DNA of 64,000 bases from Synechococcales cyanobacterium VAR_4_metabat_354 (GCA_031414775.1 JANOQI010000022.1:1-64000), one strand, 5' to 3'. Numbered from the stretch's first letter, positions 41,875-53,361 are shown. The notes: generated by a model not told the origin, from the sequence alone. Translations and numbers: made by a program.

Positions 41875-43329
41875 TCATATATCTGGCACATTAGCGTAGG
41901 GCGCATCGATCCGGTGAATGGGATGGAGGGCGGCTAAGACCTGTTTGCCATAGCTGCGATGGTTGATGCGGTTATCAAAAATAGCCACCAAGCCCGCCGA
42001 CTGTCTAATGGCTAAGATCGATCGCTGTAAAACCCTTAAACCGACTGGCAACAAATAACCCCGAAACCAATCTTGACGCTGGCGTTTATAGCAACTAACC
42101 TTCGCTGCCACTAACGGGTCTTCTAAGGAAGGGATCGGTAAAGTGGCAATAATTAACAGTTGCGGACTGGGTAAGAGTTCTTGGTGGTCGTTCCAAAATT
42201 CCCAACCAGTCACCAGAATACTACTAGCTAGTAAATTGGGATTTTCCACCTGCACCCGCGATCCGTATTCGGCGGCCACCTGGGTGGCAATCTGCGCCTT
42301 AAGCGGCGTATCCCCAATCACAATTACAATTAAACCCACTGCGCGCGGGACTTCATCTTGGCGCAAGCGCTGAGCTAATAAGCGCATAGTTGCTGCTAAA
42401 AAGATTTCCTGGAATTTTTTGGTGTTGGGCATCGGCATCCAATTGGGCACGTATAGCTGGGGGAGCGATCGCTTACTAGCGGCAAATTTGACACAGGTTA
42501 ATTCTCCCAAGCCTAATTCTTGCCGATAGCTGGTAGCAGCATGATTTACATCCAAAACATTGCCAATCAAAATATGGGATGACCGCGCCCATAGTTGGGT
42601 CAGATTGGGATTGATCTCAATCTGGCTGGCCATGAGGGTAAACAGACCTTGCTCTCGATCGATCTTCGCCCAGACTAACCAATCGTCACTAATTTTCTGA
42701 GTTAAAGCCGGGGGAATCAGTTGGCGCTCATTGGTAGTAAGCAAATAGCAATTATAAGGATTAACCGGGTGCTGGAAAATACTTTTAGTTAACCTTACCC
42801 GCCGATCGCGAATTTCTTCGGCTTGCTGGGGGGTAGCTAAGACCAGAGCATCCCAAGCTAGGGGAGTAATCTGAACTTGTAACCAATCATTAATCCATTG
42901 CTCTAACCGATCGGCACCATCCACCAAGATTGGCATCGCAATATTTTGATAGTCTGCTAGCCATTGCTCCGGTGAGATCAGCAGCAGATTATTGTCTGGG
43001 GTATTGGGCAGTTGGTGGTGAATTGTTTTGCTAACGCCCAGTTGGGCTTGCAGTTGTGGTAGATCAAATTGCATCAACCGCTGGTGAACTGCTGAGGTGG
43101 CTACGATCGCCACGCTACCTGGCCATAGCAATACTGGCACCAAGTAGCTACTAGCATAGGTGGCCTGGGGCATACCATTGGGCGGTAGCCCAGTTTGGAT
43201 GATGGTTGATTGTTGTAAACGCAAAGCGCGGGCGACTAACCGCGCCATTGTTAATTGATGCGGCCAATTACCGATCGATCGATCACGCCGGATCTGGCGC
43301 AGGATGTCATGAACTTGAACTTCTAGCAC
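41875..43329 (-). CDS. DinG-like helicase C-terminal domain protein
   Basis: WPHQLTMARLVARAL, TLPIPSLE.P and D.R...RSYG motifs; no canonical Walker A. Confidence 0.75.
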   Translation of the reverse strand: MLEVQVHDILRQIRRDRSIGNWPHQLTMARLVARALRLQQSTIIQTGLPPNGMPQATYASSYLVPVLLWPGSVAIVATSAVHQRLMQFDLPQLQAQLGVSKTIHHQLPNTPDNNLLLISPEQWLADYQNIAMPILVDGADRLEQWINDWLQVQITPLAWDALVLATPQQAEEIRDRRVRLTKSIFQHPVNPYNCYLLTTNERQLIPPALTQKISDDWLVWAKIDREQGLFTLMASQIEINPNLTQLWARSSHILIGNVLDVNHAATSYRQELGLGELTCVKFAASKRSLPQLYVPNWMPMPNTKKFQEIFLAATMRLLAQRLRQDEVPRAVGLIVIVIGDTPLKAQIATQVAAEYGSRVQVENPNLLASSILVTGWEFWNDHQELLPSPQLLIIATLPIPSLEDPLVAAKVSCYKRQRQDWFRGYLLPVGLRVLQRSILAIRQSAGLVAIFDNRINHRSYGKQVLAALHPIHRIDAPYANVPDI

Positions 43330-43400
43330 TTGGTTACTCCCACGGCTGTCGCTAGTGGGCGAGCAACCAGCCCCAACAAAGGCTAGACCGATGGCTCTGC

Positions 43401-43868
43401 TTAGCCAGCACTTTGGAGGGTGTCAATGACATCTTCAATGATCGTTTTAGCTTCAGCATTATCCACATCCAAGGCCGTTTGCAACTCCAGCAGAAAAGCT
43501 TTTTTCTGAGGAGGAATCACCAATTTCTCTTCATCAATGAGAGCAGCCACGGCGATCGCAAAGGCATCTGGTACTAACTCATCGGCAATCACATCGACAT
43601 CATCAGCGGCGTTAAAGAGCGCCCCCAAACTGTCTTCATCAGCAATTTCGGTCAATTTGCTAATCATCGCTAGCATGTCAGTTTCGGCATATTCATCAAA
43701 CAGCTCGAAGGAACTCAGAATATTCATGAATAAACCGGAATCGACTTCTCCATCTGGTTCATCGGCCATCAAAGCAATCATCGCGATCGCAGCGATCCCT
43801 TCCGGAGGGGTGAGTTTGACATCGGTAAACTCTTCAGAGTTATTTAGGATGTTTTCATACTTATTCAT
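43401..43868 (-). CDS. TerB-like acidic helical protein
   Basis: LTP.E..AAIA..A..AD and AFAIA...K.FL.ELQ.AL pattern. Confidence 0.6.
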   Translation of the reverse strand: MNKYENILNNSEEFTDVKLTPPEGIAAIAMIALMADEPDGEVDSGLFMNILSSFELFDEYAETDMLAMISKLTEIADEDSLGALFNAADDVDVIADELVPDAFAIAVAALIDEEKLVIPPQKKAFLLELQTALDVDNAEAKTIIEDVIDTLQSAG

Positions 43869-43983
43869 GCAAAGAATTCCTCTAATGTCGATCGACAGTG
43901 GAGATAAAGGCCACCAGTACCATATAGCAAATTGAGTCTAAATCTAAAAGTGTTGTTAACAATTGGTAAGGTTGTAGCAAGTT

Positions 43984-44514
43984 TTAGGGACAAGGAAAGT
44001 GTCGATCAAGATATTGCTGATAGCCAATGGCAGCTAATTCTTGGTCTTTTTGGGCGACCATCGCTTGCAGACTGGTGCGATAGACTTGCACAGCGGCCAA
44101 TAGTTGCGGATCATGACTGGCTAAGATTTGCACCGCTAGTAATCCGGCATTGGTGGCATTGCCGATCGAGACCGTCGCTACCGGAATACCCGCTGGCATC
44201 TGGACGATCGAATAGAGAGAATCCACACCTTGCAAAGTTTTGGTCTGAATTGGCACCCCAATTACGGGTAAAGCAGTGAGGGCAGCTACCATGCCGGGTA
44301 AATGAGCTGCGCCCCCGGCTCCGGCAATAATTACCTGTAAGCCCCGCTCGTGAGCAGTTTGGGCATATTGCACCATCCGTTCTGGCGTGCGGTGGGCAGA
44401 AACAATCGCAACTTCGTGGGGGATCTGGAATTGCTCGCAAATCTGAGCAGCGCTTTGCATACAAGGCAGGTCGGAGTCGCTGCCCATAATGATACCAATG
44501 CGGGGGTTAATCAT
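43984..44514 (-). CDS. purE: N5-CAIR mutase
   Basis: [23 protein letters not shown] and QMPAG motifs. Confidence 0.97.
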   Translation of the reverse strand: MINPRIGIIMGSDSDLPCMQSAAQICEQFQIPHEVAIVSAHRTPERMVQYAQTAHERGLQVIIAGAGGAAHLPGMVAALTALPVIGVPIQTKTLQGVDSLYSIVQMPAGIPVATVSIGNATNAGLLAVQILASHDPQLLAAVQVYRTSLQAMVAQKDQELAAIGYQQYLDRHFPCP

Positions 44515-44586
44515 AAATTATGGTTGAAACGCTGGCGGAATCGCCCCTCAAAATATAAGCTAAAAGCAACCCCACCGGTAGATTTT

Positions 44587-45759
44587 ATGCTCGCCAAAAT
44601 TATTAACGCCCGTGTTCCTGGCTATGCTGGGTTACAGCAAATATTGGTGCGCGAACGCCAAATTCAAGAGGTGGCAACCCAAGTAGCCGGGGAGGTAACG
44701 GCGATCGATCTAGCCGGGGACTGGTGCTCTTTGGGTGGAGTAGATTTGCAGATTAACGGCGCTCTGGGTCTGGCCTTTCCCAACTTACAAAGCACCGACC
44801 ATCATCGATTAACCAAAATCTGTCAGCTGCTCTGGGAGCAAGGAGTTGATGGCTTTTTACCAACATTGGTGACCACTTCGATCGACAATTTTCAGCGCTC
44901 TTTACAAGTAATTGCCCAGTTCATGGCTCAGCAACCAGCCCAGACTGCTCAAGTATTGGGAGTCCATTTAGAGGGTCCTTGCCTCAATCCGGCAAAACGG
45001 GGTGCTCATCCAGCCGAATATCTATTGCCACTGACAGTCGAAAGCATCAAGCGAGTGATCGGCGACTACACCAACTTAGTCAAAGTGATTACACTCGCGC
45101 CAGAACTCGATCCTTCTGGTTTAGTCGTGCCCTATTTAATCAGCCTGGGGATCAGGGTCAGTTTAGGCCATTCTCAAGCAAATTGGGCACAGGCCGAACG
45201 GGCTTTTGATGAAGGAGCAAGCATGGTTACTCATGCTTTTAATGCGATGCCTAGTTTGCATCATCGGCAACCCGGTTTACTGGGAGCGGCGCTGACTTAC
45301 CCAGGTGTCCAATGCGGGTTTATTGCCGATGGCCAGCATGTTCATCCCACCATGCTCCAGATTTTTTTACGAGCTGCTAACTACAGTGATCATGCCTTTT
45401 TAGTGAGTGATGCCCTCTCGCCTTTGGGTTTGCCCGATGGATTTTATCCATGGGATAGTCGGCAAATCGAGATTCAAGAAGGAACCGCTCGGTTACCAGA
45501 TGGCACCTTAGCCGGCACTACTCTATCGCTGTTGGCGGGAGTCGAAAATTTAGTGAAATGGGGAGCTTGTTCCCTAGAGCAAGGAATTTCTCTAGTCACT
45601 ACGGCACCCCGCCGAGCGATCGGACTAAATAGTAAATATGTTGGTCAAGTCATTGGTCAAGCCAATAGCTTAGTGCGCTGGCACCAGAGTGCTGATGGCA
45701 CTATTACACCGACCCGTTTGGTTAATACAAAGCAGTTTGAAAATTGCGATCCAGCTTAG
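44587..45759 (+). CDS. nagA: N-acetylglucosamine-6-phosphate deacetylase
   Basis: DLQING, HLEGP, KRGAH, TLAPE, THAFNAM and DGQH motifs; start placed at ATG 44587. Confidence 0.93.
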   Translation: MLAKIINARVPGYAGLQQILVRERQIQEVATQVAGEVTAIDLAGDWCSLGGVDLQINGALGLAFPNLQSTDHHRLTKICQLLWEQGVDGFLPTLVTTSIDNFQRSLQVIAQFMAQQPAQTAQVLGVHLEGPCLNPAKRGAHPAEYLLPLTVESIKRVIGDYTNLVKVITLAPELDPSGLVVPYLISLGIRVSLGHSQANWAQAERAFDEGASMVTHAFNAMPSLHHRQPGLLGAALTYPGVQCGFIADGQHVHPTMLQIFLRAANYSDHAFLVSDALSPLGLPDGFYPWDSRQIEIQEGTARLPDGTLAGTTLSLLAGVENLVKWGACSLEQGISLVTTAPRRAIGLNSKYVGQVIGQANSLVRWHQSADGTITPTRLVNTKQFENCDPA

Positions 45760-45794
45760 AATTAGGGTAAGCAGCAATCAGGATTAATAAATAT

Positions 45795-48317
45795 ATGGAA
45801 TTGCGAGCAGTAATTATGGCCGGTGGTTCCGGGACGCGCCTGCGCCCCTTGACCTGCGAACTGCCCAAGCCGATGGTACCAGTACTCAATCGCCCGATCA
45901 TTGAGCACATTATCAATCTGCTTAAAAAACATGGCATTACCGAAATAATTATTACTCTTCACTATCAACCGGAAGCGATCCAGCAATATTTTGGGAATGG
46001 TAGTGATTGGGGAGTGCATTTGCATTACGCGATCGAAGAAGAACAAGCCTTAGGTACTGCTGGCTCCATTAAATATGTCGGTGAACTGCTCGATCGAACT
46101 TTCTTGGTAATTAGTGGCGACAGCATTACTGATTTCGACTTGCAAAGTGCGATCCACTTTCACCAGCAAAAGCAAGCTGCCGTCACCATGGTCTTGACTT
46201 CTGTCCGTAATCCCGTAGATTTTGGCGTGGTAATTACCGATGCCAGCGATCGGGTGCAACGTTTCCTAGAGAAGCCCACCGCCAGCGAAATATTCTCGGA
46301 TACCATCAATACTGGTATCTATATCCTGGAACCAGAAGTACTACAAGCCATTCCACCTGATCAGGAATTTGACATGTCCCAGGATTTGTTACCTAACTTG
46401 CTAGCGGCCGGGGTACCGATTTATGGATATGTCGCTACTGGCTATTGGTGCGATGTCGGTCAGTTAGATACTTACCGCCAAGTACAACATGATGTTTTCA
46501 CCCAATTACCGAGCTTGCATCCCACCTCTACTCAAATCCGACCAGGAGTATGGGTAGGACATGGCACTTATATCGATCCGACCGCGAACATTGGTACGCC
46601 GGTAGTGATTGGTAACAACTGTCGCATTAGTCCCCGCGTCAATATTACTGCCGATACCGTGATTGGTGACAATGTGACGATCGGAGCTGATGCCAACCTC
46701 AAACGCCCGATCATTTGGAATGGGGCAATTATTAGCGAGGAAGCCCAACTGCGTGCCTGTATCATAGGACGTGGTGCCCGGATTGGTCGTGGTGCCCAGA
46801 TTTTAGAAGGGGCAGTGGTCGGTTCCCTATCGCGAGTCGGCGAAGAAGCTCAGGTCAACAGCAACGTTAAAGTTTGGCCCAATAAAGAAATTGAACCCCT
46901 AGCAATCTTGACATTGAACTTGATCTGGGGAGATGTGGCGCGACGCAACCTCTTCTCCCAACGGGGCGTACAGGGACTTGCCAATATTGATATCACCCCA
47001 GAATTTGCCGTCAAATTGGGTGCTGCCTATGGTTCCACCCTGAAAAATGGCGATCAAGTGACGATTTCGCGCGACCAACGCAGTATTTCCAGTATGGTGG
47101 TCAGATCCCTGGTGGCCGGACTAATGTCGGTGGGAGTAAGTGTCCGCGACCTCAGCTCTACGGCCATTCCTGTCGCCCGCTTAATTATTCCGACCCTGTA
47201 TGTAGCGGGTGGATTACATATCCGGCTACATCCCGATCGACTAGATTATTTGCTGATCGAGTTTTTTGATGCCCGAGGTATTAATATTTCTAAGAGCCAA
47301 GAAAAGAAAATCGAGTCGGCTTATTTCAAAGAAGACCTGCGTCGTGCCAGCATTCCTGAGATTGGCAAAATCAGCCAGATTCAAGGAATCGAACTCTACA
47401 ACAATGCTTTCCAAACCCACCTAGATTTGCAAACCATTCGCGGTAGTGGCAAAGTCGTGATTGACTACGCCTACGCTGTTTCGGGAGCAATTCTGCCACT
47501 ATTACTAGCCAAATTTGGTGTGGATGCGGTAGTGCTCAATGCGAGTCTTAGCCAGACTGCGCCCAAAATTGGCGAACGGGAGATCTTACTGCACCAATTG
47601 GGGCGGGTAGTAGAATCGCTCCAAGCCACTTTCGGGGTGCAAGTCTCGGCGCATGGTGAGCAATTAATTTTGGTAGATGAAACTGGCGTGACGATTCGTG
47701 GTGATCTATTGACATCCTTGATGGTGCATTTAGCTCTAAAAGCACATCCGGGGGGAACAGTGGTAGTACCCGTTCATGCTAGTAGTGCGATCGAAGAATT
47801 AGCCCGCCGTCATGGTGGCCGGGTCAAACGCACCAAGTCGAACCCCACCGACCTAATGGAAGCCTGTCAAAAGCTACCCCATGTAGTGCTGGGTGGCAGT
47901 GGTGATATGGGCTTTATTTTTCCCGAACTACATGCTGGTTTTGATGCCATGTTTTGTGTAGCCAAATTAATTGAGCTGTTAGCCAAAGAAAACCGGCACT
48001 TAAGTAGCATCCGCCAGCAACTACCCCGCGTTTTCCAAGAAACCGCTAAAGTCCGCTGCCCCTGGGGAGCTAAAGGCGGTCTAATGCGCCATATTCTAGA
48101 AACTCATCAAGTTGAAAAACTGGACACCGAAGATGGGGTGAAGATTTACAACTCCCGTAATGACAACTGGATTCTGATTTTGCCCGATGCCGGGGAACCG
48201 GTCGTTCATATCTATGCCAACAGTGACGATCGCGATTGGTTAGATCTAAATCTCCAAAACTATCGACAGCTGGTACAAGACTATGTGGTTCAATACCAAA
48301 CTGCCACCGACAATTAA
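45795..48317 (+). CDS. Mannose-1-phosphate guanylyltransferase with hexapeptide repeats and phosphomannomutase-like domain
   Basis: MAGGSGTRLRPLT, PKP, EKP, hexapeptide repeats and a C-terminal PGM/PMM fold. Confidence 0.9.
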   Translation: MELRAVIMAGGSGTRLRPLTCELPKPMVPVLNRPIIEHIINLLKKHGITEIIITLHYQPEAIQQYFGNGSDWGVHLHYAIEEEQALGTAGSIKYVGELLDRTFLVISGDSITDFDLQSAIHFHQQKQAAVTMVLTSVRNPVDFGVVITDASDRVQRFLEKPTASEIFSDTINTGIYILEPEVLQAIPPDQEFDMSQDLLPNLLAAGVPIYGYVATGYWCDVGQLDTYRQVQHDVFTQLPSLHPTSTQIRPGVWVGHGTYIDPTANIGTPVVIGNNCRISPRVNITADTVIGDNVTIGADANLKRPIIWNGAIISEEAQLRACIIGRGARIGRGAQILEGAVVGSLSRVGEEAQVNSNVKVWPNKEIEPLAILTLNLIWGDVARRNLFSQRGVQGLANIDITPEFAVKLGAAYGSTLKNGDQVTISRDQRSISSMVVRSLVAGLMSVGVSVRDLSSTAIPVARLIIPTLYVAGGLHIRLHPDRLDYLLIEFFDARGINISKSQEKKIESAYFKEDLRRASIPEIGKISQIQGIELYNNAFQTHLDLQTIRGSGKVVIDYAYAVSGAILPLLLAKFGVDAVVLNASLSQTAPKIGEREILLHQLGRVVESLQATFGVQVSAHGEQLILVDETGVTIRGDLLTSLMVHLALKAHPGGTVVVPVHASSAIEELARRHGGRVKRTKSNPTDLMEACQKLPHVVLGGSGDMGFIFPELHAGFDAMFCVAKLIELLAKENRHLSSIRQQLPRVFQETAKVRCPWGAKGGLMRHILETHQVEKLDTEDGVKIYNSRNDNWILILPDAGEPVVHIYANSDDRDWLDLNLQNYRQLVQDYVVQYQTATDN

Positions 48318-48421
48318 TTAATATCTTCAAAAAGCAAACTTTAAATTCCACCAGTAATCAGCAGAAATAGAAGAAGACAGATATTTAATCTGATGCTACT
48401 GAGTTTGACTTAATCTGCATG

Positions 48422-49024
48422 TCAGTGAAATCGCTCCAGTGCGATCGTTAGCTCTGGCAAATAACGCGCCGCAATCCCTCCACCAATCGCCCCAAACAAA
48501 TGACATTCCCACGAACGCCCCCGTTTGCTTGGCAACACGCCCCACAGTGAACTGCCGTATAACGTCCCGGCGATCACCGCTAGACCAATAGCAATCGAAC
48601 TCCGCTCCAGATATCCTTGCAGCAGAAGAAACCCCAAGTAGCCAAAGACAATGCCACTAGCACCGATATGATTAGTCTTTGCCCCACCACAAAGCCAAGT
48701 CCCACAGCCACTCACCAGCCACACTACTACCGTGACGATCGCGAAGGTTGTCTGACTGCGAAATAGAATCAATCCACCCAAGACCGTCAGCGGAATAGTA
48801 TTAGCGGCCAGATGCTGAAGATCGCCATGGAGCAGCGGCGATAATACAATTCCTTTCAGGCCAGACCAACGGCGCGGCTGAATGCCAAGTCGGTTGAGCC
48901 TGTTCCCTAGTAGTAATGAATCGGTCAATTCCAATATCCACAGGCTAGAGATCATCCCGCAGAGGATGCGAAGGTTCAGGATCAAAGTGGGATTGGCAGC
49001 AGCTGGAAGTAATGATCCGGTCAT
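48422..49024 (-). CDS. Rhomboid-family intramembrane serine protease
   Basis: H...HL..N, GASG and SWECHLFG motifs; start placed at ATG 49024. Confidence 0.85.
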   Translation of the reverse strand: MTGSLLPAAANPTLILNLRILCGMISSLWILELTDSLLLGNRLNRLGIQPRRWSGLKGIVLSPLLHGDLQHLAANTIPLTVLGGLILFRSQTTFAIVTVVVWLVSGCGTWLCGGAKTNHIGASGIVFGYLGFLLLQGYLERSSIAIGLAVIAGTLYGSSLWGVLPSKRGRSWECHLFGAIGGGIAARYLPELTIALERFH

Positions 49025-49103
49025 GTGAACAGCAGTAAACGAGGGTGTATTATAGCTCGACTTATTTTTAATTCCGGTTGTTGCCTGTGGCCGATCGATT
49101 TCC

Positions 49104-50780
49104 TCATCCATCGCCCGATCGACAAGCCATCAACGCTTCTTCTAAGTGATTGAAAAATCGATCGACACCAATTAAATCAGTTAAGCCATCTCGATCAAAT
49201 TGTAATTTTACCTCCGGCGGCAGACCGGAAACAACAAAAGCGACATTCTGGATCGATAATTCCTGCACTACATCTTGCAACGTCTGATAGGCCGAATAGT
49301 CGATTCCAGTAATTGCTCTAGCTTCTAAAACAAACCATCGCACTGGTGATTCTGCATTTTTCACCAGGCTTTGCACCTCCTCGGAAAAGAAGGTGGCATT
49401 AGCATAGAATAAGTCTCGACTAAATCGATAAATAATCAAACCAGGTGCCGAGATCAAGCCCATCCGCACCGGCATCGGTTGCCAAAATCGATGTTCGCCA
49501 GGAATAATGATCGCGGAGTGCGGTCGATAACTATGGCGCACATGCAAAATCAGTGATAACGTAATTGCCAAAATAATTCCTTCTTTGGCACCAATAAAAA
49601 CCACCGTAGCCGCAGTAATTACTGCCAAATAAAACTCTTCGCGATGAGTTTTGAAGATTGATCGCATTCCTTTAATGTCGATCAACCGGAGTCCGATCGA
49701 AAAGACAATGGCGGCTAGCACTGGATTCGGTAGATAGCTAAGCGGCTGAGTTAAAAATAAAATAACTATTAAGACCACAGCTGCTGTAGATAACTGAGCC
49801 ACTTGGCTACGGCCACCCGCCGTGTCTACAATTTCTGTTTTAGTCGGGCTACCATTAACCACAAATGTACCAGTCAATCCTGCTGCTAAATTAGCTGCTG
49901 CTAAACCTTCCAAATCAACATTTTCGTTAAAACCTTCGCCATATTTAAAAGCATAGGCACGGGAGGTGGCAGCACTTTGGGCAACAATGATAATACAACA
50001 GGATAGGGCAATGCCAAAGACGGCAGGGATTTCATCCCAGTTAACTGCGGGCAAACCAAAGGAGGGCAAACCACTAGGCACAGTCCCCACAATGCTGACA
50101 CCAAGGCTAGCAAAGTTAAATAGCCAACTGGCAAAAATAGCCCCGACTACTGCCAACAATGCACCGGGGAATTTTGGGATAAATCGATCGCATAATTGAA
50201 TCGTAATCAAGACAGCAACAGAGATTCCGATCGCTAGATGATTAGCATAAGGTAGACCAGTGATTGCACTAATAATTTGTGGCAGGGGCTGATGTCCGCC
50301 AGCTGGAAGATCGAGCAATCCGGGCAATTGACTGATCGCTACTTGCATACCCACCCCAGTCAAGAAACCGATTAATACAGTCCGCGATAAAAAGTCTGCC
50401 AGGAAACCGAGCCGAAACAGGCGGGCTAACAGTAATAATCCCGCTACGAGGATGGCGATCGATCTAGCTAATGCTAAATAATGGGGACTTCCAATTGGAG
50501 CCAAACCAGACAGTCCCGCCGCCAAAATTGCCGCTGTGGCAGAGTCGGCAGCAACAACGAGATGGCGCGAACAACCTAACATGGCAAAAATGATGGCTGG
50601 CAGCAGCAGTGTATACAGCCCTGTGGCAATTGGCGTTCCCGAAATCTTGGTGTATCCCATCACTTCCGGAATACCGATCGCCGCCAATACAATCCCCCCG
50701 ATGATATCGTTGCCGATCGAGGCTGGTCTCCAAGGTAAAATTCCCTGAAGCAAACGAGATCGAGTTTTTGTTGTTTTCAC
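49104..50780 (-). CDS. SulP-family anion transporter with STAS domain
   Basis: IPEVMGY, GLYT, GS..KT, LFYANA and IDYSA motifs. Confidence 0.92.
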   Translation of the reverse strand: MKTTKTRSRLLQGILPWRPASIGNDIIGGIVLAAIGIPEVMGYTKISGTPIATGLYTLLLPAIIFAMLGCSRHLVVAADSATAAILAAGLSGLAPIGSPHYLALARSIAILVAGLLLLARLFRLGFLADFLSRTVLIGFLTGVGMQVAISQLPGLLDLPAGGHQPLPQIISAITGLPYANHLAIGISVAVLITIQLCDRFIPKFPGALLAVVGAIFASWLFNFASLGVSIVGTVPSGLPSFGLPAVNWDEIPAVFGIALSCCIIIVAQSAATSRAYAFKYGEGFNENVDLEGLAAANLAAGLTGTFVVNGSPTKTEIVDTAGGRSQVAQLSTAAVVLIVILFLTQPLSYLPNPVLAAIVFSIGLRLIDIKGMRSIFKTHREEFYLAVITAATVVFIGAKEGIILAITLSLILHVRHSYRPHSAIIIPGEHRFWQPMPVRMGLISAPGLIIYRFSRDLFYANATFFSEEVQSLVKNAESPVRWFVLEARAITGIDYSAYQTLQDVVQELSIQNVAFVVSGLPPEVKLQFDRDGLTDLIGVDRFFNHLEEALMACRSGDG

Positions 50781-50844
50781 AGGGGGTCGGGCTATCTACG
50801 TAGTTAATTTTTTCATTCTTATTAAAAAATAATAAAAGAGGGCT

Positions 50845-53349
50845 TTAAGTCAACATACTATTCCCTAGTAGCCGTTGATACCTATCGTCTAACTCCGATC
50901 GCAACAACGGCAATTGAGTCAGCCCACCCTCCATTTTCATCACCTGATCTGCCGCCTCTCGTGCCAATCCCAGCACATCACCATCTGCCACCAAACTAGC
51001 CAAAGCAAAATCAGCCAGCCCAGACTGCCGACTCCCCAACACTTCCCCCGGCCCCCGCAATCTTAAATCCATCTCAGCAATCCAAAAGCCATCCTGAGAT
51101 TTTTCTAATACTTGGAGACGCTGCTTGGCATCAGCCGAGTTACTTCCACTCATCAACAGACAAAAAGACTGATAGCTACTCCGTCCCACCCGACCGCGCA
51201 GCTGGTGTAACTGTGACAAACCAAAACGTTCAGCATTTTCGATCATCATCACCGTGGCGTTGGGGACATCCACACCTACCTCAATCACTGTCGTCGCCAC
51301 TAAGATCTGGGTTTCATTATTCCGAAAAGCCGTAATAGCGGCATCTTTATCGGCGGAGGACATCCGACCATGTAGTAAACCCACCTGGAATTCTGGAAAT
51401 ACTCCCGTGGCCAATCGTTCGTGTTCAGCAATAGCCGATCGCAAGTCCAATTTTTCGGACTCCTCAATCAACGGCAGCACAATATAAACTTGCTGTCCCT
51501 TGGCAATTTCTCGCTTCATCAAGTCGTAGGCACTGCGTCGCTCCCGACCATTAATCATCGTGGTTTGAATCGGTTGCCGCCCCGCCGGTAATTCATCGAT
51601 CTGACTAACATCCAAGTCGCCATGCAAAGTCAAGGCCAAGGTGCGGGGAATGGGAGTGGCAGTCATGGTCAAGACATGCGGTTCTTGCCCTTTTTGTTGA
51701 AGTGATGCCCGTTGCTGCACTCCAAAACGATGTTGTTCATCAATAACTACCAGTCCCAGCTGGCTAAAATTTACCTTATCCTGAATCAGGGCGTGGGTGC
51801 CGACAATAATTGACAGCTCGCCCGTCTCTAATTCGCGATAGATTTGTTTGCGTTTGGCCGCTTTAGTCGAGCCAGTGAGCAATTCTACCGGTAAATGTAA
51901 AAGATTAAACCAGGATACAAACTTGCGATAGTGTTGCTCGGCCAAGACTTCAGTGGGTGCCATCAGCGCTGTTTGATAGCCGGACTGAATCGCCGCCAAA
52001 ATAGCCATCACAGCTACTACGGTTTTCCCCGAACCAACATCGCCCTGTAGCATCCGGTTCATAGGATTGGACTTTTGTAAATCTTGTAATATTTCACTAA
52101 CCACCCGTTCTTGGGCGTTAGTAAGGCTGAACGGTAAAATTTGCCGCAGCTGATCTAACAACGAATTTTCTGGTAGCCGCACCGTAACGGTGGTTTGCTG
52201 GCGAAGCTGTTGCCGTCGATCCAAAAAGCCCAGCTGGAGATAAAAGAATTCGTCAAAGACTAAGCGCCGTCGGGCTTGGTCTTTGGCTGCTGGGCTATCC
52301 GGAAAATGAATACTCGCGATCGCTTGGGGCAACTCCAACAAATCGTATTGAGTAAGAATATCAACCGGCAGGGGATCTTGAATCAGTGTCGCACTGGGTA
52401 ATGCCGACACCATTGACCTCCGGACTAAATCAGCACTAATCCCTTCGGTGAGCGGATACACTGGCAAAATTCGCCCCACTCGCATGGAAGAAATTGTTTC
52501 CTCCCCCGCGCCTAATACTTCCATTTCCGGGTTGTCGAGAGTTAGACCATACTTGCCCTGGCTTTTGACTAGGCCGGAGGCCGCAACTAAGACTCCTGGC
52601 GAGAAGCGTTTTTTGATCATCTCTTGCCAGCCCCGGCTGCTATAACGACTACCCGCATAGAAGCGACCAAGCTTAATTTGACCAGTTGGATCGCCCAGTA
52701 CCATTTCTAAGATAGTCAACTTAGTATTTTTGGCGCTGGTAAAGCAACTACAGCGCTTGACCTGTCCCACCAGTGTGACAGTTTCACCCACTGCTAGCGA
52801 TCGAATGTCTACTTGCCGAGCGTAGTCAATGTAGTCGCGGGGATAGTAGAACAGCAGGTCACGCACATAGTACAAACCCAACCGAGCCAGACTTTCTGCG
52901 GCTTTGGCGCTGATTTTAGGGAGGTCTTTGAGGGGTCGATCGAGTGCGACTACGGTATCGATCGATTGGCCACTATCCTCACTGACGACAGCACTGACAA
53001 AAGGGGTGGGTTGCTGCTTTACGGTGGGCATAGGAGCCATGCTTGGTGCCGGTTGTTGGTCGTTCCAAGCAACTAGCTGGGCTTGGGCATCTGTCAATAG
53101 GCGATCAGTAATGGCTAGTAACCGCTTGCGCTCACTCACCGTCAATTCTGGATAGTGCGAAAATTCGCGAGCGAGGTCTCGCCATTGTTCTTGGTCAGGG
53201 CGGAGTAACTGGGCGGGGGGCTTCCCCAATGTGATGCAAAGAAACTCACTAAACTGGTACTGTTGACCAACTAAGTCAATGAATCCATGCTGGGATTCTA
53301 CGGCGAGGGCTTTGTGTAGTCTTGACCAGTTAATCGATTCAGACATCAT
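50845..53349 (-). CDS. recG: ATP-dependent DNA helicase RecG
   Basis: QGDVGSGKT, DEQH, TATPIPRT and QLRGRVGR motifs. Confidence 0.97.
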   Translation of the reverse strand: MMSESINWSRLHKALAVESQHGFIDLVGQQYQFSEFLCITLGKPPAQLLRPDQEQWRDLAREFSHYPELTVSERKRLLAITDRLLTDAQAQLVAWNDQQPAPSMAPMPTVKQQPTPFVSAVVSEDSGQSIDTVVALDRPLKDLPKISAKAAESLARLGLYYVRDLLFYYPRDYIDYARQVDIRSLAVGETVTLVGQVKRCSCFTSAKNTKLTILEMVLGDPTGQIKLGRFYAGSRYSSRGWQEMIKKRFSPGVLVAASGLVKSQGKYGLTLDNPEMEVLGAGEETISSMRVGRILPVYPLTEGISADLVRRSMVSALPSATLIQDPLPVDILTQYDLLELPQAIASIHFPDSPAAKDQARRRLVFDEFFYLQLGFLDRRQQLRQQTTVTVRLPENSLLDQLRQILPFSLTNAQERVVSEILQDLQKSNPMNRMLQGDVGSGKTVVAVMAILAAIQSGYQTALMAPTEVLAEQHYRKFVSWFNLLHLPVELLTGSTKAAKRKQIYRELETGELSIIVGTHALIQDKVNFSQLGLVVIDEQHRFGVQQRASLQQKGQEPHVLTMTATPIPRTLALTLHGDLDVSQIDELPAGRQPIQTTMINGRERRSAYDLMKREIAKGQQVYIVLPLIEESEKLDLRSAIAEHERLATGVFPEFQVGLLHGRMSSADKDAAITAFRNNETQILVATTVIEVGVDVPNATVMMIENAERFGLSQLHQLRGRVGRSSYQSFCLLMSGSNSADAKQRLQVLEKSQDGFWIAEMDLRLRGPGEVLGSRQSGLADFALASLVADGDVLGLAREAADQVMKMEGGLTQLPLLRSELDDRYQRLLGNSMLT

Positions 53350-53361
53350 AAAAAGTAGCAG

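Noticed and set aside
44350..44586. Long N-terminal extension of nagA in the ORF track
   Set aside because: Overlaps the divergent purE; homology starts at ATG 44587
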